A DNA stretch of 64,000 nucleotides from Pseudovirgaria hyperparasitica. Taxonomy: Eukaryota. The notes under the pieces were generated by a model. It made no database searches, had not been told where the DNA came from, and saw nothing but the letters and a program-made list of their open reading frames with translations. Positions 61,372 through 64,000 of the stretch are shown one piece after another. A program made the translations under genes and the position numbers. The stretch's first letter is position 1. Each line of letters begins with the position of its first letter. The stretch is taken from assembly GCA_010093815.1 (NCBI GenBank), contig ML996569.1; one strand, written 5' to 3'.

Positions 61372-61924
61372 TGACGGTGAAGTGGATCAAGCTCTGCAGT
61401 ATGTTTGTGATTTGGTAGCGCCTTTACACGTGTGGCGTTTGTTGTGGGATATATCTGGGATTGAGTAGTGAAAAGCCCTCGGAGATCTTTCAGTCAGGGA
61501 GGTTGGATAGGTATCTACACCTGTTCATGCCGTTCGTATCGTGTATTGAGCAACTCACAGCTATCTGGGCTCGTTTATGTATACTTGTAAACGATAGATG
61601 GTCGCAATTGTTCATTGACGTAGAAAAGAGTATTAGATGTAGCTGTAGAAGCATTGCTACAGAAATGAAATATGCTAATACCATATGGCATATGAGATCC
61701 CACGTCTACGGCATTGTATCAAGTTGCATGTTTATGCTATGGGGAGATAAACATCTGAAAAGGAGCAATTTATGGCGTGTGAAGCTACAATTTTGCCACA
61801 TAGAGTTTAGCGTGATTATCACACGCTAGTCTGCATTAGTAAATACTGAATCGTGGAAAGTGTCCCTTAGCAGCATGAGCACCACAACTTTGAATCTTCC
61901 ACGACACCACAAACACATATCACC

Positions 61925-62763
61925 ATGGCGCGGTCAACAATACCAAGCAGTATACACACTGCTCTGACTCTCCTCTCCATCGCAATCCTTGTCCTTCCCT
62001 CGCACGCAATCTACTTCTACTTCGACGGCAACTCGCCAAAATGCTTCTTTGAGGAGCTTGCCAAAGATACCCTCGTAGTCGGTTCGTGTCTCCCGCGACT
62101 ACTCCTCTCGAAGTCGAGGCTATACTGACTGGGACATATCCAGGCCACTACGACGCCCTCCAATGGGACGAAGCAACTCGCACATACAACGTCTCTCCAG
62201 ACCTGAAAATCCAAATCACCGTCGAGGAGACCTTTGACAACGACCACCGCATTGTCAACCAGTCTGGCGCATCCAAGGGCAAATACACCTTCAGTGCGGC
62301 AGACAGTGGGGAGCATCGCATCTGCTTCATCCCGTCGGGTGTTGCGGCTGCGGGCTGGCTGACCGGCGGTGCGATGACGGGCAACGTCAAGTTCAACTTG
62401 GATATGATCATTGGCGAGACGAGTAAGATCGAGGCCAATGACAAGGACAAGATGAAGGATATTCAGACCAAGATTCGGGATCTGAATACGCGGTTGCAAG
62501 ATATTCGCAGGGAGCAGGTTTTCCAAAGGGTATGTACTGGTTGGTCGTGCTGTGTACAGAGTTACAAAGACGCATGGTGACTGAGGAGCTCGAGGGCTGA
62601 CATTTTACGACAGGAACGCGAAGCCGAGTTCCGTGATCAATCTGAATCCACCAACTCGCGCGTCGTTAAGTGGACGCTGGTGCAACTCTTCATCCTGGGA
62701 ATTACCTGCGCGTGGCAGCTTACGCATCTACGCGCATTTTTCATCAAGCAGAAATTGACTTAA
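61925..62763 (+). CDS. p24/emp24/gp25L family COPII cargo receptor (Erp1-like), 3 exons
   Basis: Signal peptide; KCFFEEL.KDTLVV GOLD domain; DIRREQVFQR|EREAEFRDQSESTNSRV; TM; FFIKQKLT* tail. Confidence 0.93.
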
Positions 62764-63061
62764 GGGTGAAGTATCTGCATCCTACTTACTATCTTTATAT
62801 TGAAAGACCTTTAAAGACAGAGCGTTCAGAGACGGGTATGCGAGAGACGTAGCCGGACTATCTGGAGCGAATGGATTTCGCCTCGGACATCGTCTCCATT
62901 ATGTCTACGAGTAAACGAATATCAGAGGTTGTAAGACAGCACGACTTATGTGAGAAAGTAACAAGAGCCATGAAAATCCGTACATTTATGTTAATCCAGG
63001 ATATCATCAACATCGCACGTATCAGACGCCATAGAGCTTATGCATATTCATTTCTATTATT

Positions 63062-64000
63062 CTATCTTCCTATCGACCGGAGCTGTACACCTCTCTCGTT
63101 CTCATTCTCTTCAATTCCATCGTCCGACCCGTCCACCAGTCCCCTCTCCTCATCCCTCACTACTTCTTCCTTCACTTTAGTCTTCTCCTTATGCACCGCA
63201 ACATAAATCGCGCTCCCCAGAATCAGACTACTCCCAACAATGCTCATGCCCGTAGGGCTCGTCCCAAATATCAACTTATCAAATCCCAGCGCGAACAGCA
63301 TCTGCGTATATACCATGTTCGTCGCCCGACTACTCTTCTCCGCCTGCAAGCCCGCCGCCAGTAGAAACTGCATCGTGAACCCACAGACCCCAAGAAACGT
63401 CAGCAAGGCCCACTCGCGCAGTGTTGCGGGGAGTACGAAGCCGATGGACGGGAATGCGGTCATGGCAACGAAGCACACCAAAGTAACCCACGCTGCGTAG
63501 TAGTTCACGCTGATGAGTGGGTGTGCCCGTTTGCCGATCCAGCGGATGGTGGTGTATGCGCTGGCTGCGCCGAGCACGCCGAGAAGGGCGACGCCGACGG
63601 CTCCGGCACGTTGTGAGGGTGTCACGGCGGCGTAGTTGTAGGAGTCGATAATGGGGACATTAGTCGTGTTGCTCGTTACTGGTGCGCTGTCGGCGACGCC
63701 GCTGGCTGGCGGAGATACGGTAGGTGGAGTGCTGGAGAAAAGGAATGTAGGACGCGCAATGAGTACGACGCCGAGGATGGAAATGTATGCGCCGATTTGC
63801 TCCATGCGGGTGAAGGGTTCATTGATCAAAAACGAACAGGCCCAGCAGGCGAGAGACGGGGCGAGGAAGGTTATGACTGTGGCGTCGGACAGAGGGAGGT
63901 ATTGGAGAGAATCTAGAAGAGTGAGTGTGCTGGTCAGTAATACTTTTGGAGAGACGGTCAACGTACAGTACATGCCGAACACGCCAAAGAAGCCACCGAA
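63062..64000 (-). CDS. EamA/DMT family transporter, 3' part (starts beyond window)
   Basis: YSLQYLPLSDATVITFLAP, GVVLIARP, AYTTIRWIGKRAHPL, GSSLILGS multi-TM. Confidence 0.9.
   Translation of the reverse strand, partial: FGGFFGVFGMYCTLTVSPKVLLTSTLTLLDSLQYLPLSDATVITFLAPSLACWACSFLINEPFTRMEQIGAYISILGVVLIARPTFLFSSTPPTVSPPASGVADSAPVTSNTTNVPIIDSYNYAAVTPSQRAGAVGVALLGVLGAASAYTTIRWIGKRAHPLISVNYYAAWVTLVCFVAMTAFPSIGFVLPATLREWALLTFLGVCGFTMQFLLAAGLQAEKSSRATNMVYTQMLFALGFDKLIFGTSPTGMSIVGSSLILGSAIYVAVHKEKTKVKEEVVRDEERGLVDGSDDGIEENENERGVQLRSIGR

Noticed and set aside
1..64000. tRNA, rRNA, snRNA, CRISPR array, TPP riboswitch, TGA-CTA readthrough
   Set aside because: None recognised by eye; GGTTCG hits lack cloverleaf context. 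tRNAscan-SE and Infernal would be needed for a definitive negative

Overview
Eukaryotic, intron-containing DNA from a filamentous ascomycete (Pezizomycotina, plausibly Dothideomycetes; not provable from the sequence). The window is gene-dense, with about 23 protein-coding genes. Housekeeping genes: Med5/Nut1, mitochondrial malonyl-CoA:ACP transacylase, ILV6, a KHDC4-like KH protein, ACO2-type aconitase, Vfa1, Yvh1, a Pof1-like nucleotidyltransferase, MET6, OTC/ARG3, a Tag1/DUF3712-like protein, a p24 protein and an EamA transporter. There are also three transcription factors and accessory genes (HET-domain protein, kelch membrane protein, SDR, NAD-dependent epimerase). Non-coding features include two MITE-like elements with terminal inverted repeats, RIP-like AT-rich tracts, microsatellites and one 71-N assembly gap. 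Best leads: (1) an oversized intron in the KH splicing-factor gene that folds into nested and mutually exclusive helices over cryptic splice sites; (2) a hairpin-dense ~1.8 kb interval with no convincing ORF that carries a telomere-template-like motif (possible telomerase RNA or other lncRNA); (3) a divergent Zn2Cys6 TF/oxidoreductase pair with a MITE, a repeated motif and a GC-AG intron; (4) a possible non-AUG mitochondrial presequence on MET6. Exon boundaries were read by eye and product calls rest on recognised motifs; no database searches were run.
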